Of a stretch of 64,000 nucleotides of DNA, positions 36,284 through 46,849 are shown piece after piece. The first letter of the stretch is position 1, and each line of letters starts with the position of its first letter. The notes under the pieces were generated by a model. It was not told where the DNA came from. It was given only the letters and a program-made list of their open reading frames with translations, and did not search any database. The stretch comes from an uncultured Verrucomicrobiae bacterium (lineage in GTDB: Bacteria > Verrucomicrobiota > Verrucomicrobiia > Limisphaerales > Palsa-1400), in NCBI GenBank assembly GCA_963702845.1, contig OY969763.1, forward strand, positions 5,216,001 to 5,280,000. Direction: 5' to 3'. The position numbers and the translations under genes are program-made.

Positions 36284-38767
36284 ATGAAAGTTGTCGCCAC
36301 AGTTTTGTCTGCATTGTGTTTGCCAGTCGCTTTGTTCGCAAAGCTCACGCCGGACCAGGTCAAACAACTCCCGCCGCCGGCGACGCATAAGATTGATTTC
36401 AAAAACGAGGTTAAACCGATTTTCGAAGCAAGTTGCGTCCGTTGCCATGGTCGTGGACGCACCAAAGGTGGATTTCAACTGGATACGCGCGAGACCCTGC
36501 TGAAGGGCGGCGACTCGGGTGCGGCGATTGTGTCGGGGAAAAGTGACGAGAGTTATTTGATCGCGCTCGTCGCGGGCGTTGATCCCGACAGCGTCATGCC
36601 CAAGAAAGGGACGAAGTTGACCAGCGCGCAAGTCGGCGTGTTGCGCGCCTGGGTGGATCAAGGTACGGCTTGGGATGCGGATATTACCTTCGGCAAAATT
36701 CCCGCGAAAAATCTGACGCCGCGAATGCCCGAGTTGCCCGTGGGCAAAGCGGCTAATCCGATCGATCGGTTCATGGCTCCTTATTACGCGGCGCACAAAG
36801 TGAAGGCGGCCAAGCCGGTGAGCGATCGCGTTTATGCGCGGCGCGTGTATCTCGACACGATTGGTTTGTTGCCTGCGCCGAAGGAGTTGGAAACGTTCGT
36901 CGCCGACAAACACGCTGATAAACGCGAGCGACTCGTGAAACGGTTGCTCGGCGACGACGAAGAATACGCGCAGAATTGGCTGACGTTTTGGAACGATCTT
37001 CTTCGCAACGACTACAAGGGCGCCGGTTATATCGATGGCGGGCGCAAGCAGATTACGAAGTGGCTCTACACCGCCCTTTTGACGAATAAGCCCTTTGATC
37101 GATTTGTCGGTGAATTGATTCATCCCGATACAGAGTCGGAAGGTTTCACGAAAGGCATCGTTTGGCGCGGCGCGGTCAACGCGAGCCAGATTCCGCCGAT
37201 GCAAGCGGCGCAAAGCATCTCGCAGGTGTTCATGGGCATCAACATGAAGTGCGCGTCGTGCCACGACAGCTTCATCAACGACTGGCAACTGGCCGACGCT
37301 TACGGTCTCGCCAATATATATAGTGACGAGGCGCTGGAAATCGCGCAGTGCGACAAACCGACGGGCAAGAAGGCGGCCACGAAATTTTTGTTCCCTGAAC
37401 TCGGCACGGTGCCGGACACGACGAATCGACAGGTGCGACTGGAGGCTTTGGCAAAAATCCTCACGAGCAAACAGGACGGTCGCCTGACGCGCACGTTTGT
37501 GAATCGGCTTTGGCAAAAATTCATGGGGCGTGGGTTGATTGAGCCTGTCGACGACATGGACCAAATCGCGTGGAACCAGGATTTGCTCGATTGGCTCGCA
37601 GAAGATTTGGTGGCGCACGGTTACGACGTCAAACACACCATCGTTCTGATTCTCACGTCGGACGCGTATCAATTGCCTGCGCAAGATTATGGTGAGACGG
37701 CGAAGGACTACGTCTTTCGCGGGCCATCGGTGCGCCGCATGAGCGCGGAACAATTTCGCGATGCGTTGACGAGTTTGACGGGTGTCGGCTATCCGACACC
37801 GGCGGTTGAAGTGACGCCCAAGGACGCGCTTACCAATAAATTCACCGTGCCGAAGTCGTTGAAATTTATCTGGAGCAAAAAGAACGCGGATAAATCTGCG
37901 CCGGCGGAATATGTCTATTTCCGCAAAAAAGCCACTTTACCCTCGGTGCGCGACCTCGATGCCATGGCCATCGTCGTTTGCGACAACAGCTTTACGTTTT
38001 TCGTAAACGGGAAAAAGATCGGATCCGGCGACCAGTTCAAAGAAGGGTATCGCTACGATTTGCGCCCGTATCTGCATGTGGGCGAGAACACGTTTGCCAT
38101 TGAAGCGGTGAATCATCTCGCCGACAACTCCTTGCCGAAACGTGATCAGGCTGCGCTTGGCGGAGACAATCCGGCCGGGTTGCTGTTTTACGGACGCATT
38201 CGTTACACGGACAAAGGCGCTCAACGTAGCGCCGATGTGGTTTCCGATGGCACCTGGGTGCAAACAAATAAAATTGTACGCGGTTGGGAACAGCCGGAAT
38301 TTGCCGCGAGCCAATGGCCCAAAGCAGCTGACCTTGGCGCGTTCAACATGGAGCCTTGGCGAGTCACTCGCATTTACCTGGCGACAAAAATGTCTGCGGC
38401 TTACAACGGCAAAGTGCGCGCGTCGCTGGTGGCTGCGGATCCGTTGATGGTGGCGCTGGGCCGGCCGAATCGCGAACAGGTCGTGACAGTGCGCGCATCG
38501 GAAGCAACGACATTGCAAGCCTTGGAACTGACGAATGGCGAAACGTTATCACAGATTTTGAAGCGCGGCGCGGCGGAAATGGCCGGCAAAACCAACAATT
38601 CACGCGACTTGATCGCGACAGTTTACGAACAGGCGCTCGGTCGCAATCCGGTGCGCGCGGAGTTGCAACTGGCGCAAGACACCGTCGGCAAGAAGCCGAC
38701 GAAAGAAGGTGTGGAAGATTTGTTGTGGGCTATGGTGATGTCACCGGAGTTTCAGTTGATTTATTAG
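36284..38767 (+). CDS. Planctomycete cytochrome c / DUF1549 / DUF1553 protein
   Basis: CVRCH and CASCH heme motifs, RRVYLDTIGLLP, VNRLWQKFMGRGL and EFQLIY. Confidence 0.9.
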   Translation: MKVVATVLSALCLPVALFAKLTPDQVKQLPPPATHKIDFKNEVKPIFEASCVRCHGRGRTKGGFQLDTRETLLKGGDSGAAIVSGKSDESYLIALVAGVDPDSVMPKKGTKLTSAQVGVLRAWVDQGTAWDADITFGKIPAKNLTPRMPELPVGKAANPIDRFMAPYYAAHKVKAAKPVSDRVYARRVYLDTIGLLPAPKELETFVADKHADKRERLVKRLLGDDEEYAQNWLTFWNDLLRNDYKGAGYIDGGRKQITKWLYTALLTNKPFDRFVGELIHPDTESEGFTKGIVWRGAVNASQIPPMQAAQSISQVFMGINMKCASCHDSFINDWQLADAYGLANIYSDEALEIAQCDKPTGKKAATKFLFPELGTVPDTTNRQVRLEALAKILTSKQDGRLTRTFVNRLWQKFMGRGLIEPVDDMDQIAWNQDLLDWLAEDLVAHGYDVKHTIVLILTSDAYQLPAQDYGETAKDYVFRGPSVRRMSAEQFRDALTSLTGVGYPTPAVEVTPKDALTNKFTVPKSLKFIWSKKNADKSAPAEYVYFRKKATLPSVRDLDAMAIVVCDNSFTFFVNGKKIGSGDQFKEGYRYDLRPYLHVGENTFAIEAVNHLADNSLPKRDQAALGGDNPAGLLFYGRIRYTDKGAQRSADVVSDGTWVQTNKIVRGWEQPEFAASQWPKAADLGAFNMEPWRVTRIYLATKMSAAYNGKVRASLVAADPLMVALGRPNREQVVTVRASEATTLQALELTNGETLSQILKRGAAEMAGKTNNSRDLIATVYEQALGRNPVRAELQLAQDTVGKKPTKEGVEDLLWAMVMSPEFQLIY

Positions 38768-38789
38768 GCATTCGTTCGTTGTCACTCGT

Positions 38790-40202
38790 ATGAAAACTAC
38801 TCGTCGAGATTTTTTGAAAACGGCAAGTGCGGCGACGCTCAGTGCGTTGGCTGCGGGGTATTCGCGGCCAATCTTCGCCGCAGAAACCGAAAAGATTACG
38901 CCGACGGCCGATTGCGTCATCGTGCTGTGGATGGCCGGCGGCATGGCGCACACGGAGACGTTCGACCCGAAACGTTACGCGCCATACGAAAAAGGCATGC
39001 CCACGCAAAAAATGCTGAGCACCTTCCCGCAGATTGATACGAAGGTTGATCACATCAAATTTTCGCAAGGGCTCGAGAACATCGCGAGCGTGATGGATCG
39101 TGGAACGTTGATCCGTTCTTACACCGCAGGCGATCTCGGATTCATTTTGCACTCGCGGCATCAGTATCAATGGCACACCGGTTACGCACCGCCGCAGACC
39201 GTCGCCGCGCCACATATTGGTTCAGTCATCGCGCGCACGCTTGGGCCGAAAAATCCGGCGATGCCGGCCTTCATCGATATCGGACAGAGATTCGACCTCG
39301 GTGAAGCCGAGGAGTTGAAGGCTTTCCACACAGCTGGTTTTCTCGGCAGTGAACATGGGCCGTTTCTGATCGCGAATCCTGAAGAAGCGGTCAAGAGCGT
39401 GCGGCCGCCAGCGGGAATGAGTCCGTCGCGTTTCGAAAATCGCAACACGTTTTACAAGAAGCTCGTTGCGACCAGTCCGATTGCGCAGCACGGCAGTGAT
39501 TTCCAAAAGGACTCGTTGTTGCGCTCGATGGACAATGCGCATCGGTTGCTCAGTTCGACGGCGGCGAAGGCATTCGATCTATCGCTCGAGCCCAAGGAAA
39601 GTTACAACAAATACAACACCGGCCGGTTCGGGCTCGGATGTTTATTGGCACGACGGTTGGTGGAAGAAGGGGCGCGCTTCATCGAAGTCACCACTGAATA
39701 TATTCCCTTTCAATACTTCGACACCCACGAAAACGGTCACACGCGCATGGCGGAATTGAAGAAGACGATCGATGCGCCCATTGCGCAACTCGTGCGCGAC
39801 CTCGATGAACGCGGATTGCTCAATCGCACGCTGATCGTGTTGGCGAGCGAGTTCAGCCGCGACGCGCTCGTCGAAGGCAAACCGGATAAACAGGTGAAGG
39901 GTCAAGTCGCACAACCGGACAATATCGAAGACATGCGTTTTTACGGAATGCACCGGCATTTCACTGACGCCGGTTCGGTATTGATGTTTGGCGGCGGCAT
40001 GAAACGCGGGCACCTGCACGGCCTCACCGCCGACGAGCGTCCATGCAAAACGATCAAGGACCGCGTGATCATCGAAGACCTGCACGCGACGATTTATCGC
40101 GCGATGGGAATTTCGCCGAAGCTCGCCTACGAAATCGAGAAGCGCCCGTTCTATACAACGCGCGACGGCCTGGGTAAGCCGATCATAGACTTGTTCGCGT
40201 AA
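38790..40202 (+). CDS. DUF1501 Tat-exported protein
   Basis: TRRDFLK, WMAGGMAH.ETFDPK, CLLARRLVE.G and DLHATI. It is the usual partner of DUF1549/1553. Confidence 0.9.
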   Translation: MKTTRRDFLKTASAATLSALAAGYSRPIFAAETEKITPTADCVIVLWMAGGMAHTETFDPKRYAPYEKGMPTQKMLSTFPQIDTKVDHIKFSQGLENIASVMDRGTLIRSYTAGDLGFILHSRHQYQWHTGYAPPQTVAAPHIGSVIARTLGPKNPAMPAFIDIGQRFDLGEAEELKAFHTAGFLGSEHGPFLIANPEEAVKSVRPPAGMSPSRFENRNTFYKKLVATSPIAQHGSDFQKDSLLRSMDNAHRLLSSTAAKAFDLSLEPKESYNKYNTGRFGLGCLLARRLVEEGARFIEVTTEYIPFQYFDTHENGHTRMAELKKTIDAPIAQLVRDLDERGLLNRTLIVLASEFSRDALVEGKPDKQVKGQVAQPDNIEDMRFYGMHRHFTDAGSVLMFGGGMKRGHLHGLTADERPCKTIKDRVIIEDLHATIYRAMGISPKLAYEIEKRPFYTTRDGLGKPIIDLFA

Positions 40203-40289
40203 CGCAGCCCGCGTGAATTTACCGACCCACGACAATTGTATTTGGCTGGGGGTTTTACTATAGACATGGCGCTCCTAGCGGAGCTTGGG

Positions 40290-40395
40290 AGCCAAAACCC
40301 GAACGACCCGGCCAGTTGGGGTCACAGCGTGACCTGCACCCAATCCAAATACGCGTTGACCGGCTTGGTGAGCGGGACCAAGCTTCGGGCCAGCG
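40290..40395 (+). pseudogene. Possible remnant of a fibronectin-III-like domain gene
   Basis: Isolated fragment NPNDPASWGHSVTCTQSKYALTGLVSGTK following a REP-like hairpin, with no credible start. Confidence 0.35.
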
Positions 40396-40412
40396 TAATC
40401 GAGCAACAGACT

Positions 40413-40637
40413 ATGAACGACACGACTCAGCAAGCGCCGCCGCTGGTTTCATCCGCCACGCCCGTTGACCCCAATCGCCGCACCCAATTAAAAGTGGTGG
40501 GTTGGATAACGGCCATTTCCATCCTGAGCATCGTTGGCATGCTCAGCAATTCACCGACTTGGCCAGTGGCGTGCGGGGCAGGAATCCTCGCGGTCATGGT
40601 CATTGTTGTCTGTGGCGTGGTGATGCAGAAGCACTGA
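40413..40637 (+). CDS. Small two-TM membrane protein
   Basis: MNDTTQ... followed by two hydrophobic helices. Confidence 0.55.
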   Translation: MNDTTQQAPPLVSSATPVDPNRRTQLKVVGWITAISILSIVGMLSNSPTWPVACGAGILAVMVIVVCGVVMQKH

Positions 40638-40683
40638 ATACACAACCCGCTGTTCGTTGATTAAAAGTTAAGGCGCGAAATCT

Positions 40684-40953
40684 GTGAAGCCGTTTCTCAT
40701 AGTCTTGCTCTTGGTTGAGCTGCTCATCGCGTACTTCCTGCTGGCTCCCGAGTTTGATCGTGAGCAGGAGCGTGTCGCCTTCGCGGTTTGGCTCCAGAAG
40801 AGGACGCCAGAGGCTAGGGCTGAATTTGAGAGGCAGAAACGCATTAGCGACTGGTATCGGGTCGGCGCTTCTACTTTGGCTTTCGGCGTCATGGCTGTCC
40901 CGACGGTGCTCAGTAGCAGAGCAAGGGCGCGTCGCAATCCTGCCGCGCTTTGA
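40684..40953 (+). CDS. Small membrane protein
   Basis: Two hydrophobic segments flanking a charged loop. Confidence 0.45.
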   Translation: MKPFLIVLLLVELLIAYFLLAPEFDREQERVAFAVWLQKRTPEARAEFERQKRISDWYRVGASTLAFGVMAVPTVLSSRARARRNPAAL

Positions 40954-40959
40954 CCTCTC

Positions 40960-41070
40960 ATGCCTCACATCGCACCCATCCCACTGAACGAGGCGAACCT
41001 CCAGCGCCTCGATAAAAAAATAAACATTCCGCGTTACGACCGCCGTGCCCTCGGCCAAAGGATCGTCTCT
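40960..41070 (+). pseudogene. Truncated 5' remnant of a mannitol-dehydrogenase-family gene
   Basis: MPHIAPIPLNEANLQRLDKKINIPRYDRRALGQRIV resembles the family N-terminus and stops just before the expected H.G.G.FHRAH motif. Confidence 0.55.
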
Positions 41071-42172
41071 ATTTTCCTCCCGCGCCGGTTGGAGTAACGG
41101 TCTTCACGGCAGGGACGACTTCCTTTCGCAACCGGTCGATGTATTCCTTCGTCAGCTCCCAATACATGGCCGGATGGAGTTGGCCATCGTGCCCGACCCA
41201 TTTCTCCTGATCGGGCGCGAGGTGGCTCGTGTCGGTCGTCCAGACGGCCGATTCTTCGAGATAGTCATTAAACGCCTGGATCATGACGATCTGCGGTTTC
41301 TTGTTCTGGAGCACCTTCTCCCAGCAGGCCCGGTAGAAGTCGCCACCGTTACGCGGTTCAATCTCATTTGGCCGATGGACATTGAATCCCGGCTGGACCA
41401 ACTCAATCTCAGGATGCAGCAACGTCCCCTGATGCAACGGCAGCGGCCAACCGTATTCGCCGGCCGCCGCGTAGCCGGTAAACGTCCGCAACGTAAACTG
41501 GTCGCCGAAAGTCTTCTCTCCCTTGTAACCCGCCCATTCCTGGATCAATTGCGGCAGGCGCAGACCGTAACAAATCAACAGCGGCTTGCCGTTGAGGTGG
41601 TAGAAATTATCCGGACCGCCGTAGTTCGGATTATTTAGAAACGTCTTGGCCACGTCCTCAGCCACCTTTTCGATCGCCAAGCCCCATGGATCATTGCCGC
41701 GACAATCTTCATGCACGCCGACTCCCAAGGCATATTTGATCTTCCACCGGTGGGTCTTGTTCCAAACGGCAATCCGTTCGCACGTTTTGCGCCCGCAACC
41801 AACCATGTAATTATAGATATCCGTTTTCCGATAGCCGCCCAATCCGCCGGGACTCAACTCGAGAGCCACAAAGTCAATTCGGGCTTCGGCCAGTTTTTGC
41901 AGATGGTAATCAATGACCTTGATGTCATCGCTGGCATAATGGCGAAAGTCATTTGTCTTAGCAAAACAGAGCGGCAAGTAGGTCCCGGCCCTGGTATAGC
42001 CAATGACATTGGTCCAAACAGCTGGATAATACGTGCAATACCAAATTCCCACATCCGACGGGCCAACTCCATTTCCATTCGTTCTCGGTGCGGCCAAGGC
42101 ATTGGCGGTGTGAACCGACAAAACACCCAGCGCAATAATGCCCGCCCACTGCGGCAGCGAAAAAAGTTTCAT
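41069..42172 (-). CDS. Secreted glycoside-hydrolase-like protein (GH99/DUF5010-like)
   Basis: Signal peptide, IDYHLQKLAEARIDF, NGKPLL, PRNGGDFY..W and AFNDYLEES. Confidence 0.6.
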   Translation of the reverse strand: MKLFSLPQWAGIIALGVLSVHTANALAAPRTNGNGVGPSDVGIWYCTYYPAVWTNVIGYTRAGTYLPLCFAKTNDFRHYASDDIKVIDYHLQKLAEARIDFVALELSPGGLGGYRKTDIYNYMVGCGRKTCERIAVWNKTHRWKIKYALGVGVHEDCRGNDPWGLAIEKVAEDVAKTFLNNPNYGGPDNFYHLNGKPLLICYGLRLPQLIQEWAGYKGEKTFGDQFTLRTFTGYAAAGEYGWPLPLHQGTLLHPEIELVQPGFNVHRPNEIEPRNGGDFYRACWEKVLQNKKPQIVMIQAFNDYLEESAVWTTDTSHLAPDQEKWVGHDGQLHPAMYWELTKEYIDRLRKEVVPAVKTVTPTGAGGK

Positions 42173-42301
42173 AAATCTGTCTTTGCGATGGTTGATTTGC
42201 GATTACCGAAATTCAGCCGCTCAATGCTGTCGCAGAACCGCAGAATAAAGCCAACCCTTTGTAGCTGCTCAAAAGCGGGTTTTGATGCCTAATTGAATCG
42301 C

Positions 42302-43504
42302 ATGACCGCTCTTACAACAAACGCTCGTCTGCTTTCCGTAACTGGATTACTTGTCTCGGGTTTTATCTTTTCATTGGCAGGAGTCCGACTCGATGCCGCA
42401 AACGAGTTTGTCACCGTGTCCAACGCGATGCAGCAATGCATCGACCAAAAAGAAGCGGCTGGGGTCGTGACACTGATTGCGACGCCCATCAAAGTGCTGC
42501 ATCTGGAGGCGAACGGCTTTGCGGACATCGCGGCCAACATCCCAATGCGAACCAACACGCTGTGCCGGATCGCGTCGATGACCAAGCTGCTGACGGCAAC
42601 CGCGATCATGATGCTCCAGGACGAGGGAAAGCTTTCGGTCGATGACCCGGTCGCCAAATACATCCCCGAACTCGCGGACATGAAAACGACCGACGGCAAA
42701 CCAGGCAAGCTGACTTTGCGCCATCTGTTAACTCACACCTCAGGCATGCCCGAAGGGACTTTTGCGCAGTATAAGAAAGCCCAGAAACTGGCGGATGCGA
42801 TCCCGTTCTTTATCGGCAAGTCGCTGGCCTTCGAACCCGGAACGAAATGGGATTACTGTCAATCGGGTATCAACACTTTGGGCCGCATTGTCGAGATTGT
42901 CTCGGGAGAATCCTATCCGGATTTTTTGCAGAAGCGTCTGTTGGATCCGCTGGGCATGAAAGATACCACCTTCTATCTCAGCCCGGAGCAATTACCCAGC
43001 ATGGCCAAGTGTTATGAGCGCACGAATGGCACGCTCATTGTAGAAGACACTAGCGTAACCGGCCACGCGCCGACGGATCGCACTCGCTACCCCGCGCCGA
43101 ACAGTGGTTTGTTTTCCACGGCGCCGGATTTCGCGAAGTTCTGTCAGATGATCCTCAACGGAGGAAAACTTCACGGAAAAAGATACTTGAAGGCAAAAAC
43201 CGTCAAACTGATGACCAGTATTCAAACGGGCGATCTCAAGACCGGTTTCACCGAGGGAAACGGTTGGGGCTTGGGCTGGTGTGTGGTGCGCCAGCCGCAA
43301 GGCATCACAGCGATGTTATCACCCGGAACGTTTGGCCACGGCGGCGGCTTCGGCACGCAGGCCTGGATTGATCCGCAGAAAAAAGTTATCTATATCTTGA
43401 TGTATCAGCGCTCAAATTTTCCGACCAATGCCGATGAGTCAATCGTGCGCCGCTCCTTTCAAGTCGCTGCCGCCGAAGCCATGGGCTGGGTGGGAAAACC
43501 GTGA
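42302..43504 (+). CDS. Serine hydrolase (beta-lactamase class C-like)
   Basis: IASMTK (SxxK), LLTHTSG, PGTKWDY, PLGMKDT and FGHGGGFGT. Confidence 0.9.
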   Translation: MTALTTNARLLSVTGLLVSGFIFSLAGVRLDAANEFVTVSNAMQQCIDQKEAAGVVTLIATPIKVLHLEANGFADIAANIPMRTNTLCRIASMTKLLTATAIMMLQDEGKLSVDDPVAKYIPELADMKTTDGKPGKLTLRHLLTHTSGMPEGTFAQYKKAQKLADAIPFFIGKSLAFEPGTKWDYCQSGINTLGRIVEIVSGESYPDFLQKRLLDPLGMKDTTFYLSPEQLPSMAKCYERTNGTLIVEDTSVTGHAPTDRTRYPAPNSGLFSTAPDFAKFCQMILNGGKLHGKRYLKAKTVKLMTSIQTGDLKTGFTEGNGWGLGWCVVRQPQGITAMLSPGTFGHGGGFGTQAWIDPQKKVIYILMYQRSNFPTNADESIVRRSFQVAAAEAMGWVGKP

Positions 43505-43581
43505 TCGACTGCTAAGTTCATAACAGCGAGTTTCCGTTGCAATCGATGCTCTCCCGCAGAGCGCGTCCACAAAAAGCCCGA

Positions 43582-46443
43582 CTATTTCAGCGCGTCAGGA
43601 GAGCCCTTCCAAATGAGGCGCAGAGAATCCAGGCGGATTCGGGATTGCTCGATGACGACCGCCAATTCGATCTGCTGTGATTGTGCGATCTCGATTTCCT
43701 GCGGACGAATGTGATCGTTCACCTTAATCAGCATTTGCAATCGCTGAACTTCGTGGCCAAGCAGGCGGTTCATCTCGGTCAACGCAGACTGGCGCAGACG
43801 GGTCGCCTGTTGCTCCGCCAGTTTGACGGCGGCTTCTAACATTGCGGGAAGTGTCTCCCGGGCGATGTTTGGGTTTTCGATTAACTTGTGACCTGAACCT
43901 TTCTGAAATTTTCGTTCCAGCGTGGCGTCTCGAAAAGATGCGCTGACGTCCTCGAGTTTGTGAGTGACGGCCAGATGAATCGGGGTGGGCGCAAGAAATC
44001 GGTCGGCGTGCAACTTGGGCGAAGCGACCGTTTCGAGAACGAAGATGGTTTCCAACACGATCCTTCGATCGTTCTCGGCCGGCAGCACGGCGAAGGCGCA
44101 GTTTCCGGTTTCCGACCCAAGCAACAACTCCATCGCTCCGGCCACCATCGGATGATCCCAAGTGAGAAACGCGACATCTTCGCGGCTGAGCGCGCGGCGG
44201 CGATCAAAGGTGGCCACGGTTCCTTCAGCGGGAATGGACGGGAACGAATCGGTGATGACGCCGTCGGGATTCAATTGAAAGGTATGAGGCGCCAGCTCCT
44301 CGAGGTGGACTCCGTAATGATCGAAGACATCGAGCATGTAATTCTCGAGAACCTCCTGACGATCTTGTTCCTGGATCGCGCTGACGATTTTGGCAGCGGC
44401 TGCGGGTCGAAAGGAATTGAGTTCCAGCAAACGATCACGACCTTGTTCGAGCAGACGGCGCATCGACTCACGGGCTTGCTTCGTTTTGGTCAAGAGATCG
44501 GCCAGTTCGGCTTCTGCTTCCTTTCGGTCTGCGACCGGATATTCCAGGGCCAAATCGTGAACGGCGCGTCCGAATTTGCGCATGAGTTCATTGCCGCCCT
44601 CGAGATTGCTTTCGAAGGCGTTCAGCCCGTCGTGATACCAGCGGGCCAAAACGAGTTGCGGACTGTGCTCGACATACGGCACGTGGATTTGGATGTCTTC
44701 GGTTTGTCCGATGCGGTCCAAACGGCCAATGCGCTGTTCGAGCAGTTCCGGATTGAGCGGCAGATCAAACAGGACGAGGTGATGGGCAAATTGAAAATTG
44801 CGCCCTTCGCTGCCGATCTCCGAACAGATCAACAGCCGCGCCCCATCAGGTTCGGCGAACCACGCGGCGTTGCGGTCGCGCTGGACCAGCGTCAATCCTT
44901 CGTGAAAAATTCCCGTCTTGATGGTGAGATGACGCCGGAGCGCGGCATCCAGGGCTTCAGCCTTTTCAATACTGCGAGTGATCACCAACACTTTTTCCGG
45001 CGCCAGTTTTTGCAACAGTTCCGTCAGCCATCGAACGCGCGGATCTTTGACCAGATCGGACGATGTCTGCAGATTCGTGTCGCCCGCATCTTCGGCGAAT
45101 TCGGCGGAGAGGCGATCGAGCAACGGCTCCGGGTCGGTGCCCGCGTCGAGTTTCGCCAATAGCGCGGTGCGCTTTGGAAAACCTTTCATGCCGGCGCGAG
45201 TGTTACGGAACAGCACACGTCCGGGCCCATGCAAATCCAGCAGTTCTTCCAACAACGCCGACCGTGCTTCGGCGTTGCCATTCGCCAATTCAGCCAGGCG
45301 TTGTTCCAGATTTGGATCATGTGCGAGCAATCTGCGCAGCAGTGTTTGGTCTTTGGCGGTAATGGCCGTGCCGCTCGATAACTTGCCGGCAACATCTGCC
45401 GTTGCCTTGTAATGTTCCGACTCAGCTTGAAACGTGGCGAGGTCGCGGTAACGCTCCGGGTCGAGCAATCGCAATCTCGCAAAGTGGCTTTCTACGCCGA
45501 GCTGTTCCGGTGTGGCGGTCAGTAACAACAATCCTTCAGATGTGCGGCTGAGTTCTTCGACAACTTGATATTCGCGACTCGGCGCGTCCTGAGACCATTC
45601 GAGGTGATGCGCCTCATCGACCACGAGAATATCCCAGCCCGCCGCGATGGCGTGCGCTGCCTGCCTGGGTTCACGCGCCAGAAAATCGATGCTGGTCAGC
45701 ACAAACTGATCATCTAAAAACGGGTTCGCTCCCGGTTCGCCTGCTTCGATGGCTGCGCAACGTTCCGCGTCAAAAATATTCAGCCAGACATTGAATCGTC
45801 GGAGCATTTCCACGAACCACTGATGCACCAGCGATTCCGGGACAAGCACGAGGATGCGATTGGCGCGTCCGCTCAGAAGCAGGCGATGCAGGATGAGACA
45901 GGCCTCGATTGTTTTTCCAAGTCCGACTTCATCCGAGAGCATCACGCGCGGGGCGTGCCGACTGGTCACTTCCTGCGCGATGTAAAGCTGGTGCGGTATC
46001 AGATCAATGCGACCACTGACAAAACCGCGCACGGGAGATTTACGCGAGCGATGCAGCCCTTCCAACGTGCGGCGACGGAGATCAAACACCGCTGCCGTTT
46101 CAAAATGTCCCTTGAACAAACGCTCCTGCGGGCCCTGCAAACTGATTCGGTCACTAAGCGCTGCTTCGGGCACACGCTGTTTGTTCGCGACATAGATCAG
46201 CAAGCCCCTCTGTTCGATGACTTCCTCGATATGAATTTCTTGATCGTTTTGCGTTTTGACTTTGTCGCCGACATGGAACCGCACACGTTTCAGCGGCGCG
46301 TTCTCGGCAACATACGTGCGGGTTTCGCCAGCGGCGATGAACTCGATCTGCACCCGGCCTCCTGCGGTTTGCACAATCGTGCCCAAACCAAGCTCCGGCT
46401 CCGATTCGCTGATCCATCGCTGACCTATTTGAAATAAAAGCAT
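43582..46443 (-). CDS. rapA: RNA polymerase-associated SNF2-like protein RapA
   Basis: GQRWISESEPELGLG, LIPHQLYIA, DEVGLGKT, DEAHH, SEGRNFQFA and EQRIGRLDRIGQ. Confidence 0.96.
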   Translation of the reverse strand: MLLFQIGQRWISESEPELGLGTIVQTAGGRVQIEFIAAGETRTYVAENAPLKRVRFHVGDKVKTQNDQEIHIEEVIEQRGLLIYVANKQRVPEAALSDRISLQGPQERLFKGHFETAAVFDLRRRTLEGLHRSRKSPVRGFVSGRIDLIPHQLYIAQEVTSRHAPRVMLSDEVGLGKTIEACLILHRLLLSGRANRILVLVPESLVHQWFVEMLRRFNVWLNIFDAERCAAIEAGEPGANPFLDDQFVLTSIDFLAREPRQAAHAIAAGWDILVVDEAHHLEWSQDAPSREYQVVEELSRTSEGLLLLTATPEQLGVESHFARLRLLDPERYRDLATFQAESEHYKATADVAGKLSSGTAITAKDQTLLRRLLAHDPNLEQRLAELANGNAEARSALLEELLDLHGPGRVLFRNTRAGMKGFPKRTALLAKLDAGTDPEPLLDRLSAEFAEDAGDTNLQTSSDLVKDPRVRWLTELLQKLAPEKVLVITRSIEKAEALDAALRRHLTIKTGIFHEGLTLVQRDRNAAWFAEPDGARLLICSEIGSEGRNFQFAHHLVLFDLPLNPELLEQRIGRLDRIGQTEDIQIHVPYVEHSPQLVLARWYHDGLNAFESNLEGGNELMRKFGRAVHDLALEYPVADRKEAEAELADLLTKTKQARESMRRLLEQGRDRLLELNSFRPAAAAKIVSAIQEQDRQEVLENYMLDVFDHYGVHLEELAPHTFQLNPDGVITDSFPSIPAEGTVATFDRRRALSREDVAFLTWDHPMVAGAMELLLGSETGNCAFAVLPAENDRRIVLETIFVLETVASPKLHADRFLAPTPIHLAVTHKLEDVSASFRDATLERKFQKGSGHKLIENPNIARETLPAMLEAAVKLAEQQATRLRQSALTEMNRLLGHEVQRLQMLIKVNDHIRPQEIEIAQSQQIELAVVIEQSRIRLDSLRLIWKGSPDALK

Positions 46444-46454
46444 TAAAAACGAAG

Positions 46455-46542
46455 TGGTGCCGGAGGCGGGACTCGAACCCGCACGACTTTTTAAGGTCCC
46501 AGGATTTTAAGTCCTGTGCGTCTGCCATTTCGCCACTCCGGC
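46455..46542 (-). tRNA. tRNA-Leu(UAA)
   Basis: GCCGGAG...CAGGA-CTTAAAA-TCCTG...GGTTCGAGTCC...CTCCGGCACCA, with a long variable arm and encoded CCA. Confidence 0.97.
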
Positions 46543-46849
46543 TCGTTTTTCTGTTCGAGAGTTACGGCATCCAGCGTTGCAACGTTGCGCAACACAACTC
46601 CAGAACCACAAAAGGTTGCGCAATGACCGCTGCTAAGCCCAGCTTAAAAACTCAACATGCCGTCGCAACAGTAGCCCACGCCACTGAACTTTTCCAACGA
46701 CTCTAGTTGTTAGCCCTAGAATATGCGGACGTGTCTACGGTGCGCCTAAACAGTCTGCGGCGTCAGACGGCAGGTCATTTCACCAAGCCGCCTCACCGGT
46801 GAAATTTCCTCGTCTCCACTGCTCCGTTGGCCAATACTACCAATCACCA

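Noticed and set aside
36224..37753. Long antisense ORFs (this one, 43960-45162, 25140-26159, 20296-21267)
   Set aside because: They are shadows of well-supported genes on the opposite strand in GC-rich DNA and have no recognisable motifs.
46455..46500. tRNA-Leu 3' end as the attachment site of the phage genes
   Set aside because: I found no duplicate of the tRNA 3' end and no integrase, and rapA follows immediately.
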